From an uncultured Planctomycetota bacterium (GTDB lineage Bacteria > Planctomycetota > Phycisphaerae > Tepidisphaerales > Tepidisphaeraceae), in contig CAWJEN010000006.1 of assembly GCA_963841915.1 (NCBI GenBank), positions 1,248,001 through 1,312,000 on the forward strand: 64,000 bases of DNA. The letters run 5' to 3'. The notes under the pieces are model-generated. The model had not been told where the DNA came from, ran no database searches, and saw only the letters and a program-made list of their open reading frames with translations. Positions 8,933-26,949 of the stretch are shown piece by piece; position 1 is the stretch's first letter; every line of letters starts with the position of its first letter. A program made the position numbers and the translations under genes.

Positions 8933-11680
8933 TCAGAAATCCACCCTGTCATTCAGCACGCGGGTGCCTTCCATCTCGCGGAGGCCGCTGAGCAGTTCGG
9001 AGCCGGCGGGCAATTCGCCCGCGCCGCGGAAGAGGTAGCGACGGACGGCCTCACGACCGGGGCCGAGGTCAACGACGAGGCGTTCCTGTCGCGAGCGGCC
9101 GGGCACCAGGACGAAGGCGTCGTAGTGGACGGGTGTGTCGCCGTAGTTGGTGATCGTCTGCTCGACGAGCAGGTCGCCGTTCTCGCGGCGGGCCAGCGTC
9201 CGCAGGCCGACTTCGGCCAGGCCGAGCTGCACCTCGAGCGGCACGTGAACCTCGACCACGCCCGGCCTGCCGTCGGCGGCGGGCTTGCCACCGGACAGCA
9301 AGATCCTCACGTCCAATCGGTGTTGGCCGGCGTCGCTGTTGTACGGGATGTGCAGATCGATCGAACGTGACAGCGTTTCGCCGGGGTTGAGGCTGAAGCT
9401 TCGTGCAAGAAGTTCTGCACGCCAGCCGGTGGGTGAGCCGACTCGGATCGTGCCGCTGATCTGCCGGTTGAAGGTGTTGGTCAGCATGAGCTGCCTGGGG
9501 TGCGGCCGAAAGGAGCTTTCGATCATCGGGTTGTCGAGCCGCACCGTCTGCCTCAGGCGAGTCAGCGGCGCGTCGACGCCGGTGATAATGGACGGCACGA
9601 CGCCGACGGCCACGTCGGCCACGCCATCGCGGAACCCGCCTGCGTCCTGGCGGAGCGGGCGACGATTACCCCACAGATCGACCTGCTCTGCTCCGCTGCC
9701 GAGGTTCATCTTCAGCGTTGAGCGACCACCCGACGCCTTGCTGGACTCGCCCCAGATGACCAGCGTCCCAACGCCGGCCGCATCGTCGGGGTCGGCAAAC
9801 AGATACGCCTCGACACGGTCATCGACATCACCGGCCGGCACGCGGCCTTGATACGCACGCCCGCCGATCGCGTTGAGCAGCGTTCGCAGCACCACGTACG
9901 ACTCCGTCGGCTCGGCAAAGCCGGTCTCAGTTGACAAGTGATAAGGCAGCGGCAGCGTCAAGCGGTCAGCTCCACCGGCAAGTGCAAGCGTGACGCGTTG
10001 CACCGTGTCGCTAAGCACTTCCTCACGTCCATACTTCTCCGGATCGAGCCAGTCGAGGTGCAGCGACACTTCGCTCCCGGTGCCGACGGACGTTGCGTCG
10101 GCGATGTAGAGCGGCAACTGGCGCGGCGGGACGTTGCTACCGATGTGCAGCTCGAACGCGTCGGGTTGCGGGTCGAGGCGAATCGCCTGCCGTGCCGGCC
10201 AAGGCATGGCCAGCACCGGTTGGCTCACGAGCGAGGCGATGACTTCGAAGAAGTACTGGTGCGTTCGGCGGAGTTGGGCATCGCTTGCGAATCGGTCGGC
10301 ATCGGCGACAGTTCCGACCTGCCACCGGTCGATCATGTGGGCGTGCCGGCTGACAAGGAAGCCCAACGCGCTACGCCACGTCGTTGCCGCCGGCTCGTTG
10401 TGCGTGATTGCGTCGACCAAGAGCAACCAGCCGTCGCCACCGGCAGCTTCGGCGATGCTGGGTGTCGGCCCGTCGAAGACGGCGGTCAGCTTGATGCCGA
10501 GCTCGCTGAGGCCGCTCGTCAACGCCGAGAAACCGTCGGTGTTCTGACCGACATCGTTCTGACCCGGGCCACCCCAAACGGCGACGGCCACGCGACCCAC
10601 GCCGATCGGACGGAGCATCGCGACCAGTTGCGGCCAATCAGCTTCGGCAAGATGGGCGGCGTCGATTGTGAAGCGAGGGTCGGCCACCGACTCTGTCGGC
10701 GTGTCGGCCAGTACGGCAAACCTGGTCCGATGCGTCGCCGTCGCAACGCCGTCGAGACTTTGCGTCCCGGCTCCACTGACTCTCAAGACCGCCGTGTATA
10801 CGCCCGGCGGCAGGACGCCCATCGAAAAGCTGTAAATGATCTCTGCCCTGCTGTCGGCGATGCGTATGCGTGAGGCGTGGCCGGGTTGCGCCCACACCTC
10901 CTTGCCGCTGGCGTCGAAGGCTCGACCGAAGCTTTGTAAATCACTGGCTCGGGCATCGACGACTTCCAACTCCAGGACCACGGGCGCTTTGGCGGAAAAG
11001 ATGCCAGCGCGGCCGGACTCACTGACGCGAATCTGCGGGATTCGACTGACGGTCACGTCATCGAACCACGCACTGCCGCGGACGTCCTGGCGAAATCGCA
11101 GGAGTGCATCGTCCTCCACCCGACCACCCGCGTCGACACCGCCGGCACCGGGCTGGAGCAGGCCGAGCTCGAAGCCGATCCACTTAACTTCCGGATCTTC
11201 GCTATACGCTTCGACGCTGATCGGAATCCAACCGTCGGCCCCACCGGGCGATGCGACAGGCACGCTCTGCCGCATCGACGTGCTCAGCACCTCACCGGCC
11301 TCGTCCATGAAGAAGACGTTGATGCGGGCTCGGGCAAATTCGAGCTGCGTGGTCGAGACGTACGCGTCGATGCGGTATCGCGCCTGCGGCACGGCCTCGA
11401 GCACGCGTCGCCCGACCCTGTACGCGCTGCTGCCGCCGTTGATGTCGAGGCGGAAACTGTGTTGCCCGCTGCGAGCGCGATCGATGACGAGTCGCCCACC
11501 GGCCCAGTGCGGCATGCCGACGCCTTCGGACCGTTCGAAGAACATCGGCAGGTCTTCGAAGTTGCCGTCGTCACGTTCCTCGAAGTCGAAGCGGTGGATG
11601 ACGCGTCCGTCTTCCGTCGCCGCCGACAGTCCGCCGGCGGCAACCAGGAGCAACCACAGCGACAGCGCGAGACGTGACAC
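8933..11680 (-). CDS. large exported protein; carbohydrate-binding-like N-terminus, glycosidase-like barrel, NEW3-like C-terminus
   Basis: Long ORF with signal peptide from GTG 11680; GSAWFDDVTV (CBM-like); PTGWRAE...FSLNPGE (NEW3-like). Confidence 0.6.
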   Translation of the reverse strand: MSRLALSLWLLLVAAGGLSAATEDGRVIHRFDFEERDDGNFEDLPMFFERSEGVGMPHWAGGRLVIDRARSGQHSFRLDINGGSSAYRVGRRVLEAVPQARYRIDAYVSTTQLEFARARINVFFMDEAGEVLSTSMRQSVPVASPGGADGWIPISVEAYSEDPEVKWIGFELGLLQPGAGGVDAGGRVEDDALLRFRQDVRGSAWFDDVTVSRIPQIRVSESGRAGIFSAKAPVVLELEVVDARASDLQSFGRAFDASGKEVWAQPGHASRIRIADSRAEIIYSFSMGVLPPGVYTAVLRVSGAGTQSLDGVATATHRTRFAVLADTPTESVADPRFTIDAAHLAEADWPQLVAMLRPIGVGRVAVAVWGGPGQNDVGQNTDGFSALTSGLSELGIKLTAVFDGPTPSIAEAAGGDGWLLLVDAITHNEPAATTWRSALGFLVSRHAHMIDRWQVGTVADADRFASDAQLRRTHQYFFEVIASLVSQPVLAMPWPARQAIRLDPQPDAFELHIGSNVPPRQLPLYIADATSVGTGSEVSLHLDWLDPEKYGREEVLSDTVQRVTLALAGGADRLTLPLPYHLSTETGFAEPTESYVVLRTLLNAIGGRAYQGRVPAGDVDDRVEAYLFADPDDAAGVGTLVIWGESSKASGGRSTLKMNLGSGAEQVDLWGNRRPLRQDAGGFRDGVADVAVGVVPSIITGVDAPLTRLRQTVRLDNPMIESSFRPHPRQLMLTNTFNRQISGTIRVGSPTGWRAELLARSFSLNPGETLSRSIDLHIPYNSDAGQHRLDVRILLSGGKPAADGRPGVVEVHVPLEVQLGLAEVGLRTLARRENGDLLVEQTITNYGDTPVHYDAFVLVPGRSRQERLVVDLGPGREAVRRYLFRGAGELPAGSELLSGLREMEGTRVLNDRVDF

Positions 11681-11727
11681 AGTGTGATTATCGGGCGTTG
11701 GCAGCCAGCGACGTGAACGCCCGCCGC

Positions 11728-16609
<4,882 letters not shown>

Positions 16610-16780
16610 TCACGGCCGATCCGGGTCATCGTCATCCCAGTCGCCCGAATCATCGTTGTCGTAGGCCGAGTCTTCAGGCCGTTCTTCGATGGTGTCGGTC
16701 GACCAGTCACCGCGAAGGAATCGGTAGCCGGCGTAGGCAAGCAGACCGGCGAACGCGAGGCCGAGGACGCCGGGAAGCAT
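16610..16780 (-). CDS. 56-aa single-TM protein with acidic tail (not in ORF track)
   Basis: Read manually: MLPGVLGLAFAGLLAYAGYRFLRGDWSTDTIEERPEDSAYDNDDSGDWDDDDPDRP*; TAGCCT 6 nt before ATG. Confidence 0.65.
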   Translation of the reverse strand: MLPGVLGLAFAGLLAYAGYRFLRGDWSTDTIEERPEDSAYDNDDSGDWDDDDPDRP

Positions 16781-17138
16781 GGGGCAAGGCTATCGCCCCG
16801 GCCGCGTCGCAGCGGTCGGGACACACGATGAGGTCGACCGATTCATCGGTGTCGAACGGCGGGTTGTTTTCTGCTCGCACCATCACGTATGCGCCGTGTA
16901 CGCCGCCTTCGGCGTCAGGCTCGGCCAAGCCACCGCAGAGGCTTGCCTGTGACGAAGGTCGAGCTTAACGCAAAGCCGTACCTGTCGAAGGCCCGACCAC
17001 TCACGCAGACGACCCGAAGGACCGCCATCAGCACCAGCGGCACCGACCGGCGGATGACAGAGGCTCAACCCCGCGTCCTTGCCGATGCCGCACAGCCCGA
17101 CGAAATTGGCCCAGGTCTCCCAAAGCTATTGTTCCGCT

Positions 17139-18155
17139 ATGAGCAAGATCGTCACCTTCGGCGAGATCATGATGCGGCTCGCAACGCCGCTCCACGACCG
17201 CTTCGAGCAGGCACCACACTTCAACGTCACCTTCGGTGGCGGTGAGGCCAACGTCGCCGTCTCGCTTGCTCGATTTGGCCACGACGCCCGCTTCGTCAGT
17301 CGGCTGCCGGACAACCCGCTGGCCGACCGCTGCATCGCAGAGCTTCGCCATCAACAAGTCGACACGAGCGGCGTGCTTCGCGGCGGGAACCGCATCGGCG
17401 TCTACTTCCTCGAAACCGGTGCCGGGCCACGGGCGTCGCAGGTCATCTACGACCGCGCCGACTCGGCCGTGTCACAGCTCAAGCCAGGTGACGTCGACTG
17501 GGCGGCCGTGTTCGCAGGTGTCGATTGGTTCCACTGGACGGGCATTACGCCCGCGCTCGGTGAAGGCCCGGCGGCGGTGTGCCGTGAAGCGTGCCAAGCG
17601 GCCAAGGCTGCCGGCGCGACCGTCAGCGTCGACCTCAACTTCCGCAAAAAGCTCTGGACGCAGGCTCAGGCACAATCGGCCATGGCCCCGCTCATGGAGT
17701 TCGTCGACGTCTGCATCGCCAACGAAGAAGACGCCCAAAGCGTTTTCGGCATCAAGGGGGCCGACGTCGAGACCGGCCAAATCGACCACGACCCATACAT
17801 CGACGTCGCCGGTCAACTGACCGAGCGTTTCGGCTTCGATAAGGTTGCGATCACGCTGCGCGAGAGCATCAGCGCCAGCCACAACGGCTGGTCGGCGATG
17901 CTCTTTTCAGGTGGCAAGGCAACCTTCGCCAAGCGTTACGACCTGCCGATCGTCGACCGCGTGGGCGGCGGGGACAGCTTTGCCGGCGGGCTCATCCACG
18001 CCCTGCTTTCGGGCCAGAGCGACGAAAACGCCATCGATTGGGCGACGGCGGCCAGCGCGCTCAAGCACACGATTAGCGGCGACTTCAACCGCATTAGCGT
18101 GGCTGAGGTCGACCGGCTCGTTGGTGGTGACGCATCGGGTCGGGTGCAGCGGTAA
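17139..18155 (+). CDS. kdgK: 2-dehydro-3-deoxygluconokinase (PfkB family)
   Basis: FGEIMMRL, GGGEANVA, DLNFRKKLW, DRVGGGDSF; directly upstream of eda. Confidence 0.88.
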   Translation: MSKIVTFGEIMMRLATPLHDRFEQAPHFNVTFGGGEANVAVSLARFGHDARFVSRLPDNPLADRCIAELRHQQVDTSGVLRGGNRIGVYFLETGAGPRASQVIYDRADSAVSQLKPGDVDWAAVFAGVDWFHWTGITPALGEGPAAVCREACQAAKAAGATVSVDLNFRKKLWTQAQAQSAMAPLMEFVDVCIANEEDAQSVFGIKGADVETGQIDHDPYIDVAGQLTERFGFDKVAITLRESISASHNGWSAMLFSGGKATFAKRYDLPIVDRVGGGDSFAGGLIHALLSGQSDENAIDWATAASALKHTISGDFNRISVAEVDRLVGGDASGRVQR

Positions 18156-18164
18156 CCTTGGCCC

Positions 18165-18845
18165 ATGAGCGACAAACGAAGCGATATCACCGGCCGACTG
18201 CGCGATGCGGGCGTCGTGGCGGTGGTGCGGGTGGCGACGGCCGAGGTGGCGGTCGACGTCGTACGTGCCTTGGCGGCGGGTGGTGTGGTGGCGGCGGAGG
18301 TGACGTTTACGGTGCCCGACGCCGACAAAGCCATCGCCGAGCTGTCGAAGCTCAACAGTGCCGGTGAGTTTGGGCGACCGCTCGTGCTCGGCGCGGGCAC
18401 CGTGGTGACGGCCGCCCAAGCCAGGGCGGCGGTCGATGCGGGGGCGGAGTACCTGGTGAGTCCGCATCTGAGCGAGCCGGTGATGGCGGCGGCGGACCAG
18501 CTCGACGTCGCTGCCTTGCCCGGCGCGTTGACGCCTACCGAAGTGTTTGCGGCCTTTGAGCGTGGGGCCGACGTGGTGAAGGTCTTTCCGGCGGCGAGGA
18601 TGGGGCCGAAGTACCTCAAGGACTTGGCCGGGCCTTATCCGAAGATTCCGCTCATGCCGACGGGTGGCGTGTCGGCGACGAACGTGCACGAATGGGTCGC
18701 CTGCGGCGCGGTCGCCGTCGGCGTCGGGAGTGAACTCGTCGACAAAGCCGCCGTCGCCGCCGGTGATTGGCAGACCTTGACGGACAAGGCCGCGAAACTG
18801 ACGGAAGCGCTCGCCGCGGCAAGAGCGTCAGTTGCGACCAGCTAG
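18165..18845 (+). CDS. eda: KDPG/KHG aldolase
   Basis: EVTFTVP, GAGTV, PGALTPTE, VKVFPA, PTGGVS. Confidence 0.92.
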   Translation: MSDKRSDITGRLRDAGVVAVVRVATAEVAVDVVRALAAGGVVAAEVTFTVPDADKAIAELSKLNSAGEFGRPLVLGAGTVVTAAQARAAVDAGAEYLVSPHLSEPVMAAADQLDVAALPGALTPTEVFAAFERGADVVKVFPAARMGPKYLKDLAGPYPKIPLMPTGGVSATNVHEWVACGAVAVGVGSELVDKAAVAAGDWQTLTDKAAKLTEALAAARASVATS

Positions 18846-18949
18846 CACCCAAGCCGCGGGGTCGCGGCTCGGAATCACATCGAGATTCGACGCGTCTTAA
18901 GCCTTTGTGGCAGCTCGTTTAGAAGAGCACCACTCGTGACACAAAGCAA

Positions 18950-19021
18950 AGCCGAACCGGGGATTTGAACCCCGAACCTCCGCTTTACGAAAGCGGCGCT
19001 CTGCCGTTGAGCTAGTTCGGC
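18950..19021 (-). tRNA. tRNA-Thr(CGT)
   Basis: Reverse complement GCCGAACTAGCTCAACGGCAGAGCGCCGCT-TTCGTAA-AGCGGAGGTTCGGGGTTCAAATCCCCGGTTCGGCT folds as a cloverleaf; CCA not encoded. Confidence 0.95.
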
Positions 19022-19184
19022 GGCAATGGCGAAACAGGTGTCGCGGGGCCATGGTTCGCCCGCCGGGGCCGCGTGTCAAGCCGTCGTTGCATGGACCTGG
19101 TAGGCCGTTGCGCCTAAGGTACCCGTCCGCCCGGCAACTGTTTGTCGGGCGACGAACGCCTGAGTACCCGAAACGAAAGATCAG

Positions 19185-19259
19185 ATGCCAAAGCCACGAC
19201 GCCGCCGGAAAATTGGAAGTAAGAAGCGTAAAGCCCGTCGCGATCGTCGCAAGAAGTAA
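19185..19259 (+). CDS. 24-aa highly basic protein, bS22/AURKAIP1-COX24-like ribosomal protein candidate (not in ORF track)
   Basis: MPKPRRRRKIGSKKRKARRDRRKK*; purine-rich GAAAG upstream; hairpins on both sides. Confidence 0.62.
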   Translation: MPKPRRRRKIGSKKRKARRDRRKK

Positions 19260-19344
19260 GGGCTGATGGCCTTTGCTTGTGACGCTTTGTCATCTCAAGC
19301 TGCGGTTTAACACGATGTGCTGGCGACGCGCCTAGCTTGCCGAC

Positions 19345-21453
19345 ATGTCTGTTGCTGCTGAAAAACACACGTCGCCGCCCGATGCTCCATCGGGCGGCGA
19401 CTTGTTTTTTAATCGCGAGCTGAGCTGGCTCGACTTCAACGCACGCGTCCTCGAACTGGCCGAGGACGATGCGGTGCCGTTGCTCGAACGCGTGCGGTTT
19501 CTGGCGATCTTCGCCAGCAACCTCGACGAGTTCTACATGAAGCGCGTCGGCGGCCTACAACGCCAGCGGGCGGCCAAAGTCTCGACCCGCACCATCGACG
19601 GGCTGACGCCTGACGAGCAGATCGCCCTCATCCACGAGAAGGTCCGCCCGCTCCTGGATCGTCAGGTCGCGTGCTGGTTCGAGTCGGTTCACCCCGGCCT
19701 CAAGGCCAACGGCATCCGCATCTGTCCTTGGACACAGCTCACCGACACCGATCGCCTGGAGTCGAGCCGGTTCTTCCGCGAGCAGGTCTTCCCGATCCTG
19801 ACGCCACTGGCGGTCGACCCGGGGCACCCGTTCCCGTTCATCAGCAACCTGAGCAAGTCTCTTGGCGTGATGCTCGAACACCCGGCGACGGCCGAGCAGT
19901 CGTTCGTCCGCATCAAGCTGCCCGAAAACCTGCCTCGTTGGGTCCGCCTGCCGGCGACGGACGAGGCGACGGACCGGTTTGTCAGCCTTGAAAACGTCAT
20001 CAGCGGCAACCTCGAGCTGTTGTTCCCGGGGATGAAGGTGCTGGAGCACCACCTGTTTCGCGTGACGCGGAACGCCGATGTCGACGCCGACGAGGAGGAC
20101 GCCGACGACCTGCTGGCCGTGGTCGAGCAGGAGCTTCGTCAGCGTCGTATGGCTGATGTCGTGCGGCTGGAGACGCCCACGAGCATGAGCCCGGGCATGC
20201 GTGAAACGATCAGGCATGCGTTGCACGTGGCCGAAGAGGATTGCTACGAATTGGCGGGCCCGATCGACATGGACGACTTGATGTCGCTGGCGGATGTCGA
20301 CCGACCGGAGCTGAACTTTGAGCCTTGGAAGCCGCTGGTCCCGCCGCGGCTGAGCGACGAGGATGCCGACATTTTCAGCGTCATCAGCGGCGGTGACGTG
20401 CTCGTGCATCACCCGTACGAGTCGTTCCCGGCGAGTGTCGAGCGCTTCATCCTCGAGGCCGCCGAGGACCCGCAGGTTCTGGCCATCAAGATGACGCTGT
20501 ATCGCACGAGTCGCGACAGCTCATTCGTCGGCGCGCTCATCCGGGCGGCCGAAGAAGGCAAGCAGGTCGCGGTGCTCGTGGAACTCAAGGCACGGTTCGA
20601 CGAGCAGCGGAACCTGGCCATTGCCCAGCGTCTTGAGAAAGCAGGCGTCCACGTTGTTTACGGCGTCGTCGGCTTCAAGACCCACACCAAGCTGGCCATG
20701 GCCGTTCGCCAGGAAGAAGAAGGATTGCGAACGTACGTCCACGTTGGTACGGGCAACTACAACGCCCGGACGGCCACGCTCTACACCGACGTGGGCCTGT
20801 TCACGAGCGATCCGCAACTCGTGGGCGACGTGATCGAGCTGTTCCACACGCTCACCGGTCGCAGCCTCGGGCGGCAGTACCGCAAGCTGCTCGTCGCGCC
20901 GACGAACATGCGTGACAAGTTCCTCGACTGCATCGCCGCAGAACGCCATGCCGCAGAACGCGGCGAGCCGGCGTTCATCACGGCGAAGATGAACCAGCTT
21001 CAGGACGAGAAGATCATCAAGGCGCTCTACGAGGCAAGCCAGGCGGGCGTCAAGGTCGACCTGATCATCCGCGGGTTCTGCTGCCTGCGGCCGGGTGTGC
21101 CGGGACTCAGCGACAACATCCGCGTGGTCAGCATTCTGGGTCGGTTCCTGGAGCACTCCCGCATCTTCCGCTTCCACAACGGCGGCGAGCGGGTGCATTT
21201 CATCGGCAGTGCCGACTGGATGGTGCGGAACCTCGACTATCGCGTCGAAGCCATCGCCCCCGTCGAGGACAAACACGCCCAGGAGCAACTCGACGGCATC
21301 CTGGACTCGGCGCTGGAGACGAGCGAACACGTGTGGCAGCTAGGCGCTGACGGCACATGGTCACCCGCCCGCCTGGGCGAGGGTGGCGAGTTCCAGCAAC
21401 GCTTGATGCGTCGCGCCGTCGAACGCCAACAGCGTGCCCGGCGTCGCCGCTGA
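19345..21453 (+). CDS. ppk1: polyphosphate kinase 1
   Basis: FNRELSWLDFNARVL, DPGHPFPFISN, HHPYESF, ELKARFDE, GRFLEHSR, GSADWMVRNL. Confidence 0.96.
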   Translation: MSVAAEKHTSPPDAPSGGDLFFNRELSWLDFNARVLELAEDDAVPLLERVRFLAIFASNLDEFYMKRVGGLQRQRAAKVSTRTIDGLTPDEQIALIHEKVRPLLDRQVACWFESVHPGLKANGIRICPWTQLTDTDRLESSRFFREQVFPILTPLAVDPGHPFPFISNLSKSLGVMLEHPATAEQSFVRIKLPENLPRWVRLPATDEATDRFVSLENVISGNLELLFPGMKVLEHHLFRVTRNADVDADEEDADDLLAVVEQELRQRRMADVVRLETPTSMSPGMRETIRHALHVAEEDCYELAGPIDMDDLMSLADVDRPELNFEPWKPLVPPRLSDEDADIFSVISGGDVLVHHPYESFPASVERFILEAAEDPQVLAIKMTLYRTSRDSSFVGALIRAAEEGKQVAVLVELKARFDEQRNLAIAQRLEKAGVHVVYGVVGFKTHTKLAMAVRQEEEGLRTYVHVGTGNYNARTATLYTDVGLFTSDPQLVGDVIELFHTLTGRSLGRQYRKLLVAPTNMRDKFLDCIAAERHAAERGEPAFITAKMNQLQDEKIIKALYEASQAGVKVDLIIRGFCCLRPGVPGLSDNIRVVSILGRFLEHSRIFRFHNGGERVHFIGSADWMVRNLDYRVEAIAPVEDKHAQEQLDGILDSALETSEHVWQLGADGTWSPARLGEGGEFQQRLMRRAVERQQRARRRR

Positions 21454-21467
21454 GAAACTCAAGTTGA

Positions 21468-21923
21468 TCAGCGAAGCGATGCCGCCACCGCCGCCTGCCA
21501 GGTCGCCCAGACCATCCACACCGCCAGCAAGCCTCGAACGGTCCAAACGACGGTCCGCAGCCAGTTTGAACGGGTCAGCGACTGTGCCAGTTCCACGTTG
21601 AACCCTGCCGCCAGTCGATTGTGCATCGGCACCTGCCAGAATGCGGTGCTGACCCACAATGCGACCACCAACGCAAGGCCGACCCAAGCCGTCCACCCCG
21701 GCACACCGGCCGGTGTCCGCACGACAAGCCACACAGCCGTCACCAGCTCGACGAGCATGACCGGCCCGACGACGGGCGTGATGCCGCTGACATGCCGTTG
21801 GTGGTACTCGGCCCAACCGGCTTCACCGATGCCGTCGAAGAGCTTGTAGTGGACGAGCTGGATCGTCCAGATCAGCCCAACGAGGTACCACGTCGCGGCG
21901 AGATGGACGAGCAACAGCGGCAC
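21468..21923 (-). CDS. four-TM membrane protein (DUF1772/anthrone-oxygenase-like)
   Basis: GLIWTIQLVHY, VPMHNRL, NWLRT motifs; hydrophobic helices. Confidence 0.7.
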   Translation of the reverse strand: MPLLLVHLAATWYLVGLIWTIQLVHYKLFDGIGEAGWAEYHQRHVSGITPVVGPVMLVELVTAVWLVVRTPAGVPGWTAWVGLALVVALWVSTAFWQVPMHNRLAAGFNVELAQSLTRSNWLRTVVWTVRGLLAVWMVWATWQAAVAASLR

Positions 21924-22015
21924 AGTCGACAGTATCCGCTCGGCTTATCGCCGAGCGCCAGCTCTTGTACAGGCTCGCGACGACGTTGTTGCTCATCTAA
22001 CGTTGATCGGTCGCT

Positions 22016-24988
<2,973 letters not shown>

Positions 24989-25022
24989 GACGCGACCATA
25001 GGTCGGCCGGCGTTGCCAACGC

Positions 25023-25748
25023 TTATGTCTCGGGGGCGAACAACGGAGCAAAGTCGCCCTGCCACCGCTGTTCTGCTTCTGCCGCCGCGGCGGGCACAGC
25101 GATCCCAAGGAACGGGACCGTGTTGATGCGGCGGTCGAGCGTCAGGTCGACCCAGACAAATCGACTGCCCCGCTGCAGGACGAAACGCGTTTTCATCCCA
25201 CTCGGCAGGCCGCCGACGATGATGCTCATGTTCGAGAAGTCGGACAGCTTGGTTAGTGCCGTCGCGGTTCCGTCGTCGCGTACGGCGGCGACGGCGTAGA
25301 GCACGTCGCCCTCGCGAAAAACGACCGACGCGATAAAGCCCTTCAGCGGCGTCCAGCCGGACACGCCGTCCACCGGCTGCAAATCGCTTCCAAATTCGGC
25401 GGGCATGTCCTGCCAGTCGCGGCGAACGCTGCTCACGCCCAGAAAGCCGTCGCGTACGTCGGCGTCAATCTCCTCCTGGGCCGCCAGCGATGCTTGTCGC
25501 ACGTACGCGTGATACACAATGGCCCGAAGCGTCGTCTCCAGCACCGGTGGCCGCGGCTCGTCAATTGCGGCAACGGCATCGCGAAGCTCGTCCAGTTCGT
25601 CCACGCCCACCGTCTTGAGCAATTCCTGCCGATGGGCGTGCCGGGCCAGGCCGTCGGGGGCGAGCAGCGGTTTGAGGTCGATCGCCCCGCTCACCGCCGA
25701 CGGCAAGGCGGCAGAGACAACCAGGCAAAGCACCAGGCGACAGAACAT
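25023..25748 (-). CDS. exported hypothetical protein, possibly PDZ-like C-terminus
   Basis: Signal-like N-terminus; TATGGT 6 nt before ATG. Confidence 0.55.
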   Translation of the reverse strand: MFCRLVLCLVVSAALPSAVSGAIDLKPLLAPDGLARHAHRQELLKTVGVDELDELRDAVAAIDEPRPPVLETTLRAIVYHAYVRQASLAAQEEIDADVRDGFLGVSSVRRDWQDMPAEFGSDLQPVDGVSGWTPLKGFIASVVFREGDVLYAVAAVRDDGTATALTKLSDFSNMSIIVGGLPSGMKTRFVLQRGSRFVWVDLTLDRRINTVPFLGIAVPAAAAEAEQRWQGDFAPLFAPET

Positions 25749-25778
25749 GACACCACCATAGACGAAGAGGCCCGCCCG

Positions 25779-26870
25779 CTATCGCACCTGCAGCTCGTCG
25801 GCCTCGAAAGCCAGCCCCAGCGTCGGCAGCTCGACGGCCTTGCGATCGCCGTCGGCTCGCACTTCGCCACCAATCCAGGCGTGATGACCTGCTTCCTTGG
25901 CCGCGGCAAGCGTCGCCTCCGCATCGCCAGCCGCAACGTAAGCGACAAAGCCGACGCCCATGTTGAACGTTGCCCACATTTCCCGCTCCTCGACCGGGCC
26001 GTGCTTGGCGATGAAGCCGAAGACCTCGGGCGGTGTCGGTGGTTGCGTCACGTGGTAGACGAGCTTGGCCTCGGGTCGCATGAGCTTGCGAAGGCCGTGA
26101 CCGGTGACGTGCGTGAGATAGTGCGGCCGAAGCGACTTGTGCCGCAACAGCTGCACGAAGTCGGCGTAGATCGCGCTGGGCTCGAGAAGCAGCCGGCCGT
26201 AGTTGTCGGTCTCGAAGCCAATCTTCTCGCCGATCCGGCGACACAGCGTCAGTCCGTTCGTCTGCACGCCCGTGCTGGCCAGAAAGACCATGACGTCGCC
26301 CGCCTGCACGTCGCCGCGAATGCGATCCCGGGCATCCATCCGGCCGACCGCGCTGCCGGCCAGGACGATCGTCTCCGGGTTGACGAGCCCCGACAGGGCA
26401 GGCGTCTCGCCGCCGCCCCACGTCGCGCCGGCCCGGCGGCAACCCTCGGCAAAGCCGCTTGCGAGCGCCTCGGCGCGCTCCTTGTTCTTGAACCAGGTCG
26501 CGTCGCCCACCGCCGCGTGCATCGCCACGACGGCCGGCAGGCAGCCGACGGTGATGAGGTCGTTGACGATCGTCGCCACCGTGTCGATGCCGATCGCGTG
26601 GTACAGCGACGGGTCACCGACCGCGTCGGCAATAAGGTTCTTCGTCCCGAGCCCTTCTTCGACATGGGCGAGATAAGTCCCGTCACCGGCGTCTATGAGA
26701 TACGCCGACTCGCCGCGCGTGCCGGGCGCCTCTGCCATGCCGTGCAACGCCAACAGGTTGACGGTCGCGCCTGCTTCGCGTTGACACGCACGTTTGAAGG
26801 CGTCGAGCGGGTCGTAGTCGACGCCGCTGGAGGCGTAGGTCATGGGCTCGTGGGAAGAGGGTCGGTCCAC
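25779..26870 (-). CDS. purM: phosphoribosylaminoimidazole (AIR) synthetase
   Basis: TYASSGVD, EGLGTKN, VNDL, GGETP, STGVQTNG, HVTGHG, TFNMGVG. Confidence 0.88.
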   Translation of the reverse strand: MDRPSSHEPMTYASSGVDYDPLDAFKRACQREAGATVNLLALHGMAEAPGTRGESAYLIDAGDGTYLAHVEEGLGTKNLIADAVGDPSLYHAIGIDTVATIVNDLITVGCLPAVVAMHAAVGDATWFKNKERAEALASGFAEGCRRAGATWGGGETPALSGLVNPETIVLAGSAVGRMDARDRIRGDVQAGDVMVFLASTGVQTNGLTLCRRIGEKIGFETDNYGRLLLEPSAIYADFVQLLRHKSLRPHYLTHVTGHGLRKLMRPEAKLVYHVTQPPTPPEVFGFIAKHGPVEEREMWATFNMGVGFVAYVAAGDAEATLAAAKEAGHHAWIGGEVRADGDRKAVELPTLGLAFEADELQVR

Positions 26871-26949
26871 GGGGGCAACCTAGCAGGGTTTCGAGCTGAC
26901 AAAGCTGCTGAGGTGGCTTTGCCGACGGCGGTGTTGATACGGTCGGTCG

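Noticed and set aside
16790..17070. Possible decayed gene on the minus strand
   Set aside because: Only short fragments in different frames, with no recognisable homology
21589..21604. Fourth parS site AGTTCCACGTTGAACC
   Set aside because: Two mismatches, broken palindrome, and inside a CDS; may be chance
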